DNA of 29,017 nucleotides from Myxococcota bacterium. Lineage in GTDB: Bacteria; Myxococcota; JACRCW01. Positions 17,703 through 26,633 of the stretch are shown here, piece after piece. The stretch spans positions 1-29,017 of the forward strand of contig JBFMGU010000133.1 in NCBI GenBank assembly GCA_040752415.1, in the 5' to 3' direction. The translations under genes were made by a program, and so were the position numbers. Within the stretch, counting starts at the first letter, position 1. Every line of letters starts with the position of its first letter. Under the pieces are notes generated by a model. That model searched no databases. It worked only from the letters and a program-made list of their open reading frames with translations, and had not been told where the DNA came from.

Positions 17703-20700
17703 ATGAGAATGACCCTTCCCGCCCTGGCGGTTGCGTGGCTGGCCTGCGCCTGCCCACGCGACGCGCCTCCAGCGCCAGCCGCGCCGCCAACGGACGCGAC
17801 CCCGGGTCCGCGTGGGACGACACCGGCGCCGCGGCGCGTCGACAAGTCCACGATCAAGGATGGCCAGTACGAGGAGCGTTCAGCGGACGACAAGGTCCTG
17901 GTGCGTGCCTGGGTGAAGAACGGGGAATTCCACGGCGAATTCACGCGCTGGGACGAGCAGGGCAGAGTCCTGGACCAGGGCTCCTACGTGAATGGGAAGC
18001 GGGAAGGGCGTTGGACCGTTACCGACCCGGTGCAGAAGGTTGCCGGGAAGGGCGATTATCAACAGGACCAGCGGCACGGCGAATGGACATTCTGGAGCCG
18101 GGAACTGGGAACGCTCGAGGCGACCTACGAGCACGGTGTCGAGATGGGGCGCTGGGTGAGGTCCCATCCCAACCATCATCGCGCCGAGATGGGGCAGATG
18201 CTCGCCGGGAAGCGCACGGGCTTCTGGCAATCCTGGGCTCCCGACGGAACCCAGCTCACCAGTGAAGGTGCCTACTGGAATGGGCAAAAGGCCGGCTTCT
18301 GGCGGACGTGGTCCCCCGACGGCGCGCCATTGCCCGACGAGCTCTACGAGGAAGGCGTCCTCGTCACGCCCTCGCCCGAGCCGGCTTCTCCGCCGCCGGT
18401 GGCGCTGGAGGTGTTCTGGGTGGGCAAGCGCGGCGCCGCGGAGAGCGCGGGTCTGAAGCGCGGGGATGTGATCAACGCGGTCGACGACGTCCCATTCAGC
18501 GACGGGGAAGCGTTCGCGTTCCTCGTGCAGGAGAGCGTGGCCGACAAGCGGCTGCGGGTCACACGAGGCGAAGAGGCGCTGCAGCTGGACGTCAAGGCGC
18601 AGGCGGGCGCCCTCGTTCCCGCGCTCGGCGTCGCGATGTGGGAGAGCTGTCTGCCGCGGTCTGTCGCGCGCCCTCCGTCATGGGACGATGCGCTGAGTGC
18701 GAGCGCGGCCGATGCCGCCGCGGACCCCGCCGCGATTTCCCCCGTGCGCGACGCGGGCATGGGCGTGAAAGGCCTCGTCGGTGCGCAGGATGCATCCGCG
18801 CCCGTGCCGGACAACAAGGCACGCAGGCCCGCCACCCTCCCTCCCGAGGATGCGCACGTCGCCGCCGGGTGCTTGTCCTACGCCGTCCAGCGGCAGTTGC
18901 GCGCCCGCGCGGGAGAGCTGGCGAGTTGCTTTGACACCTTGACCGACCCGCAGCTGCAAGCCAGCACCATCATCCCGGTCCGCCTCGGCGTGACGGCAAC
19001 GGGAGAGATGGCCATGGCTTCCGTCGAGCGCACCGGGCCGCTCGGTGCGGAATGGAGTGCCTGTGTCGCAAGCGCCTTGGCCGCAGGGCGGGACGCCGTG
19101 CCGCACACGCCAGACCGCGTGGATGTCCGAATCGTGTTCGTGCCCGCGCCCACCGCGCCCCTCCGAGCGGCTCTTCCCGACGACATCGAGCGACTGGACG
19201 ATGCGATCGAGAATCCCGGGAAAGCCGCCATGCTTCCCGAGCTGTTGCTGGCGCGGGCGCGCGTGGGTCGAGGCTGTGATCCCATCGGCAAGGGCGAGGC
19301 GGGCAACGCGTGCGAGTATGGCGGTGAAGGCTTCAAGGAGATGGCCGAGCGGTTCCCTGAGCATTGGCTGAGTCCCGACGCCCACCTGGAGTACTTCGCC
19401 AGCCGGACGTCGCAGCGCTGCGAGATGTGGACGTGTGAGGACGTCGCCGCGCGACTTGTTGAAGTGTTTCGAAACGTCGCAACCACCCGCGTGGCCGCGC
19501 TCGCCGCCGGCCAGGCCAACATCATGCTCGGCGGGCCACCGCTGGAGCGGATCACGGGACTGAGCGACGTGCCGGACCTGGCGAACGCGGTCAAGAACGC
19601 CAATGTCCCCAAGCTCGAGAAGGAGCTGGTGGCCTACCATGCCGCCACCGACGCCTTGCCGCGCTACGCACGAGCGAAGGCACTCGAAGGTGTCGCCGTG
19701 GCATGGCTTAGGTTCGGTGAGCGCGACCGGGCAAGCCGCGTGCTGCGGGGCATCATCCGCACGGCGCCGGGCTACCCGCATCTTGCCCGGGTTCGAAAGG
19801 TGCTGGCGCTGTTCCCCGCGCGGAGCATGCGCATGCTGCCTGCGCAGCCGATGCATTTCACAACGGTGCTCTTGCGCTGGGATGCTCCACCGGTGTCGGT
19901 GGAAACCATCAGCGTCCGACGAGACGAACGCGAAATCGCCGTGGTGCCCGGCTCCGCGCGACACTTCCTGGACCGCGGGCTTGGCGCCGCGGAGGAGCAC
20001 AGCTATTCGCTGCACGCGCGGTCCGGTGAGGAGACCGTCTCCAGCAACGTCGTCACCGCCATCACGCCCGATCGCACCCTGATTGGCAGGGTTGGATTGT
20101 TCAGCCGCGAGGACAACGCGTTCTACGTGATTGGGCAGACCTTGACGGGACGCGTTGGACGCGGCGCCCCGGACATCCTCCGGGCTTCCGACGACGGCAC
20201 CGCGGTGGAGCGCTTCATGGCTCCCAGGATCGTCGGCGTGCGGGACCTCGGATGGGGCTTCCCGGCGGATCGCTACCTCGGGGGAACCTGGCTCGTGGAC
20301 TGGCACCACCAGGCGATCCTCAAGTTCGCGCCGGGCGCCGAACCGTCGGACCCGGAGCTGAGCCATGAAGGAATCTGCGTCTCCGTGGATGTCGCTACGT
20401 CACGCTACCGGGTCGGCGACGCACCGTGCCTCTGGGACGTGCGCACGGAACACGTCTGGCGCCCGGACAACAGCGACTCGCGCAACCGCTACTTCCTCAA
20501 CGCCGCCGGCACGGAAATCTGGTACGGCGAACACGGTGGCATCATCTCCCCCGTCTCCGGGGCGCCGGATTGGGCCCAGACCATCCATCTGCAAGGCGCC
20601 GCCTACAACACCGCACTGGCGGTCGACGTGGACCGTCACACGGCCTGGTATCTCCGCTTGCTGCGAGCGGGAGGCATGGAGCTGGTGAAGGTCCGCCTCA

Positions 20701-20891
20701 AGGGCGGCAAGCTGGTCTGGCGCGCCACACTCGAGGAGTTGGTGCACAAGGGCTCCTGTTCGGCCGTCATGGCCACCAACCCTGCCACGGGAGACCTCTG
20801 GATGCTCCTCACGTCGGGGCCCGAGGATCAGCGACCGGCGCTGGTCAAGCTGTCCGAGAGCGGGACGGTGTTGCTGAACCTGGTGCCCTGA
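17703..20891 (+). CDS. Mosaic exported (lipo)protein: MORN2/YwqK-like repeats, PDZ, AgmX/TonB-C-like domain, helical/TPR-like region, fibronectin type III and a beta-rich C-terminus (1062 aa)
   Basis: Signal with LACAC; repeats of GxYxNGKREGxW; GAAESAGLKRGDVINAVD (PDZ); RARAGELASCF..VRLGVTATGE..SACVASAL; VLLRWDAP..FLDRGL..HSYSLHA..SNVVTAITP (FN3). Confidence 0.8.
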   Translation: MRMTLPALAVAWLACACPRDAPPAPAAPPTDATPGPRGTTPAPRRVDKSTIKDGQYEERSADDKVLVRAWVKNGEFHGEFTRWDEQGRVLDQGSYVNGKREGRWTVTDPVQKVAGKGDYQQDQRHGEWTFWSRELGTLEATYEHGVEMGRWVRSHPNHHRAEMGQMLAGKRTGFWQSWAPDGTQLTSEGAYWNGQKAGFWRTWSPDGAPLPDELYEEGVLVTPSPEPASPPPVALEVFWVGKRGAAESAGLKRGDVINAVDDVPFSDGEAFAFLVQESVADKRLRVTRGEEALQLDVKAQAGALVPALGVAMWESCLPRSVARPPSWDDALSASAADAAADPAAISPVRDAGMGVKGLVGAQDASAPVPDNKARRPATLPPEDAHVAAGCLSYAVQRQLRARAGELASCFDTLTDPQLQASTIIPVRLGVTATGEMAMASVERTGPLGAEWSACVASALAAGRDAVPHTPDRVDVRIVFVPAPTAPLRAALPDDIERLDDAIENPGKAAMLPELLLARARVGRGCDPIGKGEAGNACEYGGEGFKEMAERFPEHWLSPDAHLEYFASRTSQRCEMWTCEDVAARLVEVFRNVATTRVAALAAGQANIMLGGPPLERITGLSDVPDLANAVKNANVPKLEKELVAYHAATDALPRYARAKALEGVAVAWLRFGERDRASRVLRGIIRTAPGYPHLARVRKVLALFPARSMRMLPAQPMHFTTVLLRWDAPPVSVETISVRRDEREIAVVPGSARHFLDRGLGAAEEHSYSLHARSGEETVSSNVVTAITPDRTLIGRVGLFSREDNAFYVIGQTLTGRVGRGAPDILRASDDGTAVERFMAPRIVGVRDLGWGFPADRYLGGTWLVDWHHQAILKFAPGAEPSDPELSHEGICVSVDVATSRYRVGDAPCLWDVRTEHVWRPDNSDSRNRYFLNAAGTEIWYGEHGGIISPVSGAPDWAQTIHLQGAAYNTALAVDVDRHTAWYLRLLRAGGMELVKVRLKGGKLVWRATLEELVHKGSCSAVMATNPATGDLWMLLTSGPEDQRPALVKLSESGTVLLNLVP

Positions 20892-20906
20892 GCTTGGAAC
20901 GCGACC

Positions 20907-22640
20907 TCAGCAGCCACAACACGGCGTGTCACACGTGGCCGTCGGGCCAATGGTGGCGCGCGGGAAGAGCTCGTTGATGATGTCCTGGGGACCGCGGTGC
21001 AGCGGCCCCTTTCCGGAGCCGAATTCCTTCACGAGGCGATTGACCTGGTCCTCGGCACCCTCGGCGCTGTGATCCTCCACGAAGCCCACGAGGATGTTGG
21101 AGTGGCGGGGAATGCGGATCCACACGTCGACGCTACCCTCGCCCGGCCAGGAGATGCCGTTCCGGGCCACGTCGTGGATGGATTTGATGTCCGCCTGGAA
21201 CGTGTCGCAGTCCATGAAGTAGTTGATTTCCAGCGCGAAGGCGTAGAGCTGCTTGGACTTCCTGGCGCCGCCCGAAGGGCTGGTGATCGTCGCCACCGCC
21301 CACGGCCCATTGGGGAACTTCGAGCGGAGCCGGCCGATCCCCCGGGCATGCGCCTTCCGGCTCCGGTCAAAGGCCGCTTCGACCTGTCGGTTGCGGCGGT
21401 CCATCTCGCTGCGCTCACGTTCCTTGCGTTTGCGCTCCTCGCGGGAATCGTCCGGCTCGATCTCGAGCATGCCGCAGTCCCCCTCGGTGTTCGGTCCGCA
21501 GGGGCCTCGCTCGTCCACGGCGGTCACGCAGGCGTCCTTTGGCACCGCCGAGAGGTCCAGGCTGGCCTCGTCGACGATGGTTGCCGCCTGCCGCTTCCCG
21601 CGACAGCCATAGAGCAGCTGGAAGGAGACGGACCCCTTCCCGGCCCCCTGCATCTGCGACGAGGCCCACGCGGCCACCTGCCACTTCCCGGCCTGGACCG
21701 CCAGTTGCGCCAGCTTCTTGAACACCTCCGGGTCGTCGTCGAGCAGCGCGGCGCGCTCCTGCAACTGCATGGCCTCGAGGACATGCCCCTGCTTTTCCTG
21801 CTCTTCTGATTGCTGGAGCAGCCGCATGGGATCGGCGGGCAAGGGGGACAGGTACGCCCATGCCAACCATCCGCTGACGCGTGGGGCCTCCTCCTCCGAC
21901 GACGTGTCCAAGCCCAGGCGCGCGAGGTCGATGCTGAGCACCTGCTTGGGCGTTTGCGCAATCGACACCTGGGCGAAAGCATCCTGAACGCTGTCGATCA
22001 CAACGGGGGTGTTGATGAAAAGCTGTTGAATCACCGCGCCGTCGGGACGAGGGTCGCTGCGCAGGCGCAGGCGCGTGGCACTGACATAGAGCTTGGTCCC
22101 CGGCGCCGGAGGCGTGGTGCTCGATGGTTGCGACGCGGAAGCAGCGGAGTTTGGGGCGTGCATGGGCAGCTTCTTGAGTCGCAGATAAACGGCGCGCGCG
22201 CGTTGCTCATCCCCGGTGACGTCGTGGATGGCGGCGAGGATTTCCAGGGGCTCGCGCTGTTGGGGGTTCGCGGCGGCAGCCAGCTCGGCAGCCGCGGCGG
22301 CGTCGGAGAGCTGGCCCCCCGTCAGGGCTGTCCTGGCCCTCGCCATCTCCGTTTCGTAGTCGGGTAGGCTGGCGGACAGGGCGCTGTCAGCGACGAAGCA
22401 CACTTCACCGTCGGCCAATGTAACCTGACGGAAGAGGCCGCCCCGGAGCTGCGTCACGGTGGCTTCCGCCGTGACCTGCTCACCGAAGCGGACCCGCTTG
22501 CGGTTCTTCACCCCGCCGTCAACCGGGTCGACGCAATTGGTCTGGGGCACCGTCACGTTGAGCCGGACCGGCTCGGCGCCGGTGGCCGGCAGGCTGCAGA
22601 TGACGCCGACAACAGCCACGGACAAGGATCGAAGCCTCAA
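20907..22640 (-). CDS. Exported protein with two SH3b-like domains and TPR-like helices, Cys-rich C-terminus (577 aa)
   Basis: TTG 22640 follows AGGAG and gives the signal peptide MRLRSLSVAVVGVICSLPATGA. SH3-like segments VRFGEQV..RQVTLADGEVCFVADSALS and YVSATRLRLRSDP..GWLAWAYLS; ends TCDTPCCGC. Confidence 0.7.
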   Translation of the reverse strand: MRLRSLSVAVVGVICSLPATGAEPVRLNVTVPQTNCVDPVDGGVKNRKRVRFGEQVTAEATVTQLRGGLFRQVTLADGEVCFVADSALSASLPDYETEMARARTALTGGQLSDAAAAAELAAAANPQQREPLEILAAIHDVTGDEQRARAVYLRLKKLPMHAPNSAASASQPSSTTPPAPGTKLYVSATRLRLRSDPRPDGAVIQQLFINTPVVIDSVQDAFAQVSIAQTPKQVLSIDLARLGLDTSSEEEAPRVSGWLAWAYLSPLPADPMRLLQQSEEQEKQGHVLEAMQLQERAALLDDDPEVFKKLAQLAVQAGKWQVAAWASSQMQGAGKGSVSFQLLYGCRGKRQAATIVDEASLDLSAVPKDACVTAVDERGPCGPNTEGDCGMLEIEPDDSREERKRKERERSEMDRRNRQVEAAFDRSRKAHARGIGRLRSKFPNGPWAVATITSPSGGARKSKQLYAFALEINYFMDCDTFQADIKSIHDVARNGISWPGEGSVDVWIRIPRHSNILVGFVEDHSAEGAEDQVNRLVKEFGSGKGPLHRGPQDIINELFPRATIGPTATCDTPCCGC

Positions 22641-22991
22641 GAATTCTCTCCTGCGTCGGTCAAGGTCTCGAGCTCTGCGAGCAACGACGCTTCCATCGCG
22701 GGCCCGATGATGACTCTGGCCATCCACACGACGCGACGCAAGCCCGCCGAGGGGCCCCTCCCAAGCACGCTGGTCTTCCTCGACGTCGGAGTCGGTCAGG
22801 TCGCGATTTGACATTGAAAGCTCCGTCGCCCACCGAGCTCTGGGGCCGTCCAGCCAAGTCGATGTCTCTGGCGTCGTCGCACACCTTCCCCACAGCATTG
22901 TCTACGTGGGCCAGGTACCGGCAGTTGTCCTGTTACAGTCAGTGGCTGGTCCGGCGTCGCCCTCGACATCGAGCCGAGGGCAACCTTCAGA

Positions 22992-23047
22992 TGGGCCGCA
23001 CCGACCTACGCCGTTCATCGACAGCGAGCCCCGGACGGTGCGGCCCA
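22992..23047. repeat. 12-bp perfect inverted repeat (stem-loop) downstream of the MerT-like gene
   Basis: TGGGCCGCACCG (22992-23003) pairs with CGGTGCGGCCCA (23036-23047); no U-tract. Confidence 0.5.
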
Positions 23048-23079
23048 CGATGCCGTACGGGCAGTACGCGGTGAGTCCA

Positions 23080-23556
23080 CTACGAAAGTGGTCCGTGGTC
23101 CTGCTCTTGAACCGCCCGTGCACTGAGCCGCGTGCCCAATTCCTCCTGCTGCGCAGGCACGATGTAACGGTCGAAGTACCAGGCCGTGAGCCGTTCGAGC
23201 GAAAGGTAGACGCCGGTGGCCATCACGGCGATGACCGCCGTCAGCAACACCAGGTTCTTGCGTGCTCGCGCCGGGTCCACCGAGCACTGGGCCTGACGCC
23301 GTCGATACAGGACAACGCCGCCGATACCGATGGCGACAGCCAGGGCGCGGAGGAGCCAGGCACCGAGGCCAGGGCTGCCATCTTCGCGGTAGAACGCGTC
23401 CGCGAAGGAGATTGCGTAGACGGCACCCCCAAGCCCGAGAAGGAACAGCGCCGCGGGAAGGACGCAGCAGAGGATGCTGGTCACGCCAACCGTCGCCGCC
23501 ACCTTGAACGCCCACTGCCAGAGGCCCGGGGGTTGCGCCGTGTGTCCGTGGGCCAT
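23080..23556 (-). CDS. MerT/MerF-like small membrane protein with a vicinal Cys pair (158 aa)
   Basis: TSILCCVLPAALFLLGLGGA resembles the MerT TM1 CC motif; three hydrophobic segments; YRRRQAQC loop; GGAGG upstream of ATG 23556. Confidence 0.65.
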   Translation of the reverse strand: MAHGHTAQPPGLWQWAFKVAATVGVTSILCCVLPAALFLLGLGGAVYAISFADAFYREDGSPGLGAWLLRALAVAIGIGGVVLYRRRQAQCSVDPARARKNLVLLTAVIAVMATGVYLSLERLTAWYFDRYIVPAQQEELGTRLSARAVQEQDHGPLS

Positions 23557-23674
23557 GGGATGCACCTCCGCAACCTGATGTCTCCGTTGGGCTCTTCGTC
23601 CGCACGCTAAGCGGTAGGCGGCAGCTCGAAGCCCGAGACGGAAGGTGCAGCGCGAGCGGCCCGGTGCGTGTTCC

Positions 23675-24073
23675 TCACACCGGACGCGCGTCGCGCTTTT
23701 CGCCCGCGCCCGCCAGCAGCGCCAGGTCCTCGAGGTCCACGTCCAGAATCATGGCCGCGGTCTCCAGGAAGGTCTTTGCCGTCACGGCGTACATGCGGTC
23801 CTCGTAGAACACGGAGACAAACACGCCCGCGCATTCCGGAACGGGAACGTCCAGGCTGTGGCAGTGGTAGGCCAGGCGCCGCATCACGTTCTCGAGCCAT
23901 CCAGCGTCGGGATGCGCAGGGGCCACCAGCTCGTAGTTGAAGCGGTCGGGGCCGTGCGTGGCGCGGAATCTCTCGCCGGCCTCCGCCAACGCCGCTGTGC
24001 CTTTGGACGCCGGTGCCACGTAGAACGACTGTCCGAGAACCGGTTTGAGGTCCACCCATGACGCCACCTTCAT
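23675..24073 (-). CDS. Hypothetical protein resembling the myxobacterial STAUR_1299 family (132 aa)
   Basis: AAGGAGG before ATG 24073; pattern NYELV..RLAYHC..PECAGVFVSVFYED..AVTAKTF recalled from this family, not verified by search. Confidence 0.6.
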   Translation of the reverse strand: MKVASWVDLKPVLGQSFYVAPASKGTAALAEAGERFRATHGPDRFNYELVAPAHPDAGWLENVMRRLAYHCHSLDVPVPECAGVFVSVFYEDRMYAVTAKTFLETAAMILDVDLEDLALLAGAGEKRDARPV

Positions 24074-24108
24074 CTTTGCCTCCTTTCCACATGACGCGCT
24101 GAACGCCA

Positions 24109-25275
24109 TCATCTCGGTGTCGGGGGCGGTGCTGCCGGCGCCGAAGGCGATGCTGCGCCAGACGGGGGCGGTCGGGGGCCACTCGTTGTGGTCACATACG
24201 GCGTTGCCATCGGAACCGTCGGCTCTGGAGGAGCGCCCTCCAACCTGTTCTGGCGGTAGAACCCGGCGGGGTTGACCCTCAGGAACTCCACCATCTTCGG
24301 CAATGTTTCGCGAAGTGTTCGCTTGGGTTCCCACCCCAACAGCTTTCGAGCGCGCGTGATGGCGAGCTCGTAGTGGTCGTCGGCGAGGTCGACCATCCAC
24401 GGCTTGATGAACGGCTCATCGACCCCGGGAATCACGTCCTGGACCCACGCACCTGCCTTGGCCACTGCCTTGGGAATGTGGCGCGTTTCCCAGTGCTCCT
24501 CGTGAATCAGCCAGGCGAAGATCCGCTGCAGCTCGTCGTACGAAAGCGTTTCCGGTTCCCCCACGAGCATGATGGTCTCGGGCCCCAGCCGGCTCCGCGC
24601 CATGACGGTGAGGCGCATCAGCTCGACGAGATCATCGAGATGCACGAACGCTTGCCCCGTGGCCGTGTCACCGGGGAACACCTGGGCCGTCACCCTGCGC
24701 TCGTAGATCCGCTGCATCTGGTGCGCGATGGGAACGGAGTGACACCGGTCATCATAGACGCCGGCGATCCGGAGAATGACGACGGGGAGGTCCTGGTGCC
24801 CCGACAGGATCACGCGCTCGGTCTCGAGTTTGGAACGCGGATAGATCCACTTGGGTTCCAGGGGCCAGTCTTCGTTGATCTGCTGCCCGGGCCGACAAGG
24901 CGCGTGCACCAGCATGGTGCTGGAGAACACGAACTGTTCCACCTGCATGTCCCGCAGCGCCCGAAGCAGTCGTTCCGTGCCGCGAACGGTGACCTTCTCG
25001 TACAGCTCGCTCGGCTCGCCGGAGAAGTCGTGGTGGTCGGCAAGGTGGATGGTCGAGGCGATCTTCGTCCCGAAGCGTCGTCTCACCTGGGCCATTGCCA
25101 CGCTGACGCTCTCGTCGGACGCCATGTCCACGTGGAAGAACTCAATGTCCTGGTGCGGTGCGGGAACCTTCTGGTCAAAGCCGACGATTCGGTACGTTGA
25201 CGCCAGCCTTTGAGCGACAGCCGTGCCAATGAGGCCGCTGCATCCCGTCATCAACAGCAGGGGTCGATCAGACAC
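24109..25275 (-). CDS. NAD-dependent epimerase/dehydratase (extended SDR)
   Basis: TGCSGLIG Rossmann motif, FVFSSTM, YPRSK (YxxxK), LRIAGVY, FVHLDDLV; GAGGAG before GTG 25275; Pro-rich tail. Confidence 0.9.
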   Translation of the reverse strand: MSDRPLLLMTGCSGLIGTAVAQRLASTYRIVGFDQKVPAPHQDIEFFHVDMASDESVSVAMAQVRRRFGTKIASTIHLADHHDFSGEPSELYEKVTVRGTERLLRALRDMQVEQFVFSSTMLVHAPCRPGQQINEDWPLEPKWIYPRSKLETERVILSGHQDLPVVILRIAGVYDDRCHSVPIAHQMQRIYERRVTAQVFPGDTATGQAFVHLDDLVELMRLTVMARSRLGPETIMLVGEPETLSYDELQRIFAWLIHEEHWETRHIPKAVAKAGAWVQDVIPGVDEPFIKPWMVDLADDHYELAITRARKLLGWEPKRTLRETLPKMVEFLRVNPAGFYRQNRLEGAPPEPTVPMATPYVTTTSGPRPPPSGAASPSAPAAPPPTPR

Positions 25276-25336
25276 GGAGCCCTCCTCACCGTCGTAGGAT
25301 CCGGGATAACGGTTTGCGCCACGCCGTGCGACAAGC

Positions 25337-25738
25337 TCATCCCTGCTGGTGTGCCGCGCCGCTGCCCGGCTGCTCGGCGGAGCCTGGTTCGACGGGCGGA
25401 GGCCCCTCCTCGACGGTCAGGGGGAGGCCGGCGGCCACCCAGTCCTGTTTGCCCCCGCGGTAGTCGCGGACGCGCGTGTATCCCAGCGCCGCCAGCTCCC
25501 GGGCAGCGTTCGCCGAGGCCTGTCAGGAGAACCCGCTGCAGTAGACGACGATGTCCGCCTCCTTGTCTGGCAGCTTGATTGGAGCGAGCTCGGCCAGGTT
25601 CTGGGGCGGCAGGTTGATTGCACCGGGGAGATGTCCCTGACGGAAGGAAGCCGGCGGGAGCGTTTCCACGAGCGTGAAGGGCGTGCGTTGAACCATCTTC
25701 CCGCTCAGCTCATCCCGGCTGATGATTCCCGAGTCCAC
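25337..25738 (-). CDS. Single-domain rhodanese (sulfurtransferase) with an in-frame TGA at codon 72; probable selenoprotein (133 aa), alternatively a pseudogene
   Basis: GHLPGAINLP..DIVVYCSGFS-[TGA 25523-25525]-QASANAARELAALGYTRVRDYRGGKQDWVAAGLP. The rhodanese fold continues in frame across the TGA to a second stop at 25337-25339. GGAG precedes GTG 25738. Confidence 0.85.
25487..25508 (-). promoter_or_regulatory. Candidate bacterial SECIS hairpin
   Basis: On the mRNA, CGCUGCC-C-G[GGAG]C-U-GGCGGCG forms a 7-bp stem plus a G-C closing pair. The G-initiated 4-nt apical loop begins 23 nt after the UGA. Confidence 0.6.
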
Positions 25739-26093
25739 GCTGTGGCTCCCTTCCGCACCCCCTGAAGTTCCGCACTCGCCGACGTGCGCAGCTCCCTCCC
25801 GGGATGTGACGGATACCGTGGACCACGTCAGGTGCGTCAGCGCCGAAGCCACAGGACTGATCCCGGCTTCCCCGGCGGCGGCAACCTGGCCGAAGACTAT
25901 GTGGAGCTAAGCCCTGACGAATCTCCGGCGCACGGCATGCAGGCGCCAACGCTTCGGCTTGCTTCACTGTCCAAGACCGAGGGCGAGACTGTTGCTCGAG
26001 GTCCGAGCGCTACAACTTCTTCCGGTGACGTGACCAGCGCCTGCTACCCATCACCACGCCGAGGGCCGTGGACGCGCGCACGGGGAGACTCCG

Positions 26094-26309
26094 ATGGAAT
26101 ACGACGACTTCGAACAGGGCGAGTGTGAGGACTGCCGCCAGACCGTGACCCCGCCGCAGGACCCGGTGTACCGCCTTGGTGAGGACGCCTTCCTCTGCCT
26201 CCAGTGCGCCACCCGCCGAGGCGGCGTCTACAACGCTGACGAGGATCGGTGGGTCGTGGAACCGTCACTGCGAGGCATCGAAGGCCTGGCCAATCCGCCG
26301 CCACCGTGA
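26094..26309 (+). CDS. Small acidic CxxC-x20-CxxC (Zn-finger-like) protein, 71 aa
   Basis: CEDC...CLQC, GGGGAG ribosome-binding site, GC3-rich codons. Confidence 0.7.
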   Translation: MEYDDFEQGECEDCRQTVTPPQDPVYRLGEDAFLCLQCATRRGGVYNADEDRWVVEPSLRGIEGLANPPPP

Positions 26310-26633
26310 CGGTGCACACCGGCTCCCACCGTGAGCGCTCGTCGACCAGCGTCCGTCCCGCCATCAGCTCCCAACACGCGCCGCCCATTCGCCGGAGATC
26401 AGCGGCGTCCGCGAGGGTTCCCGGCCAGCTCGTCGAGCGTCGGCCGCTGGCCCAGGCGCGCTGCCCCTGAGCTCTCCGGCGGGTGAGGCCCGGCTTCCCA
26501 CGCTCAAGGCCCAGGTGATCGGCACGCCAGCCCCGGCCCCGGCAAGCTTTGCCCCCGCGCCCGGGCGTCTTGCGTTAGGATGCCGCAGCGGCGGACCCTG
26601 CGGGCAAAGAACCACGCAGCCGGGAGACGGGCG

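Noticed and set aside
17850..18360. Toxin-antitoxin system implied by YwqK-like repeats
   Set aside because: The repeats are one module of a large exported protein and no adjacent toxin gene is evident.
23080..23556. Mercury-resistance operon
   Set aside because: Only a MerT-like CC motif; no merA, merP or merR nearby.
22906..23610. Plus-strand 234-aa ORF
   Set aside because: Mostly antisense to the MerT-like gene, with no motifs or RBS.
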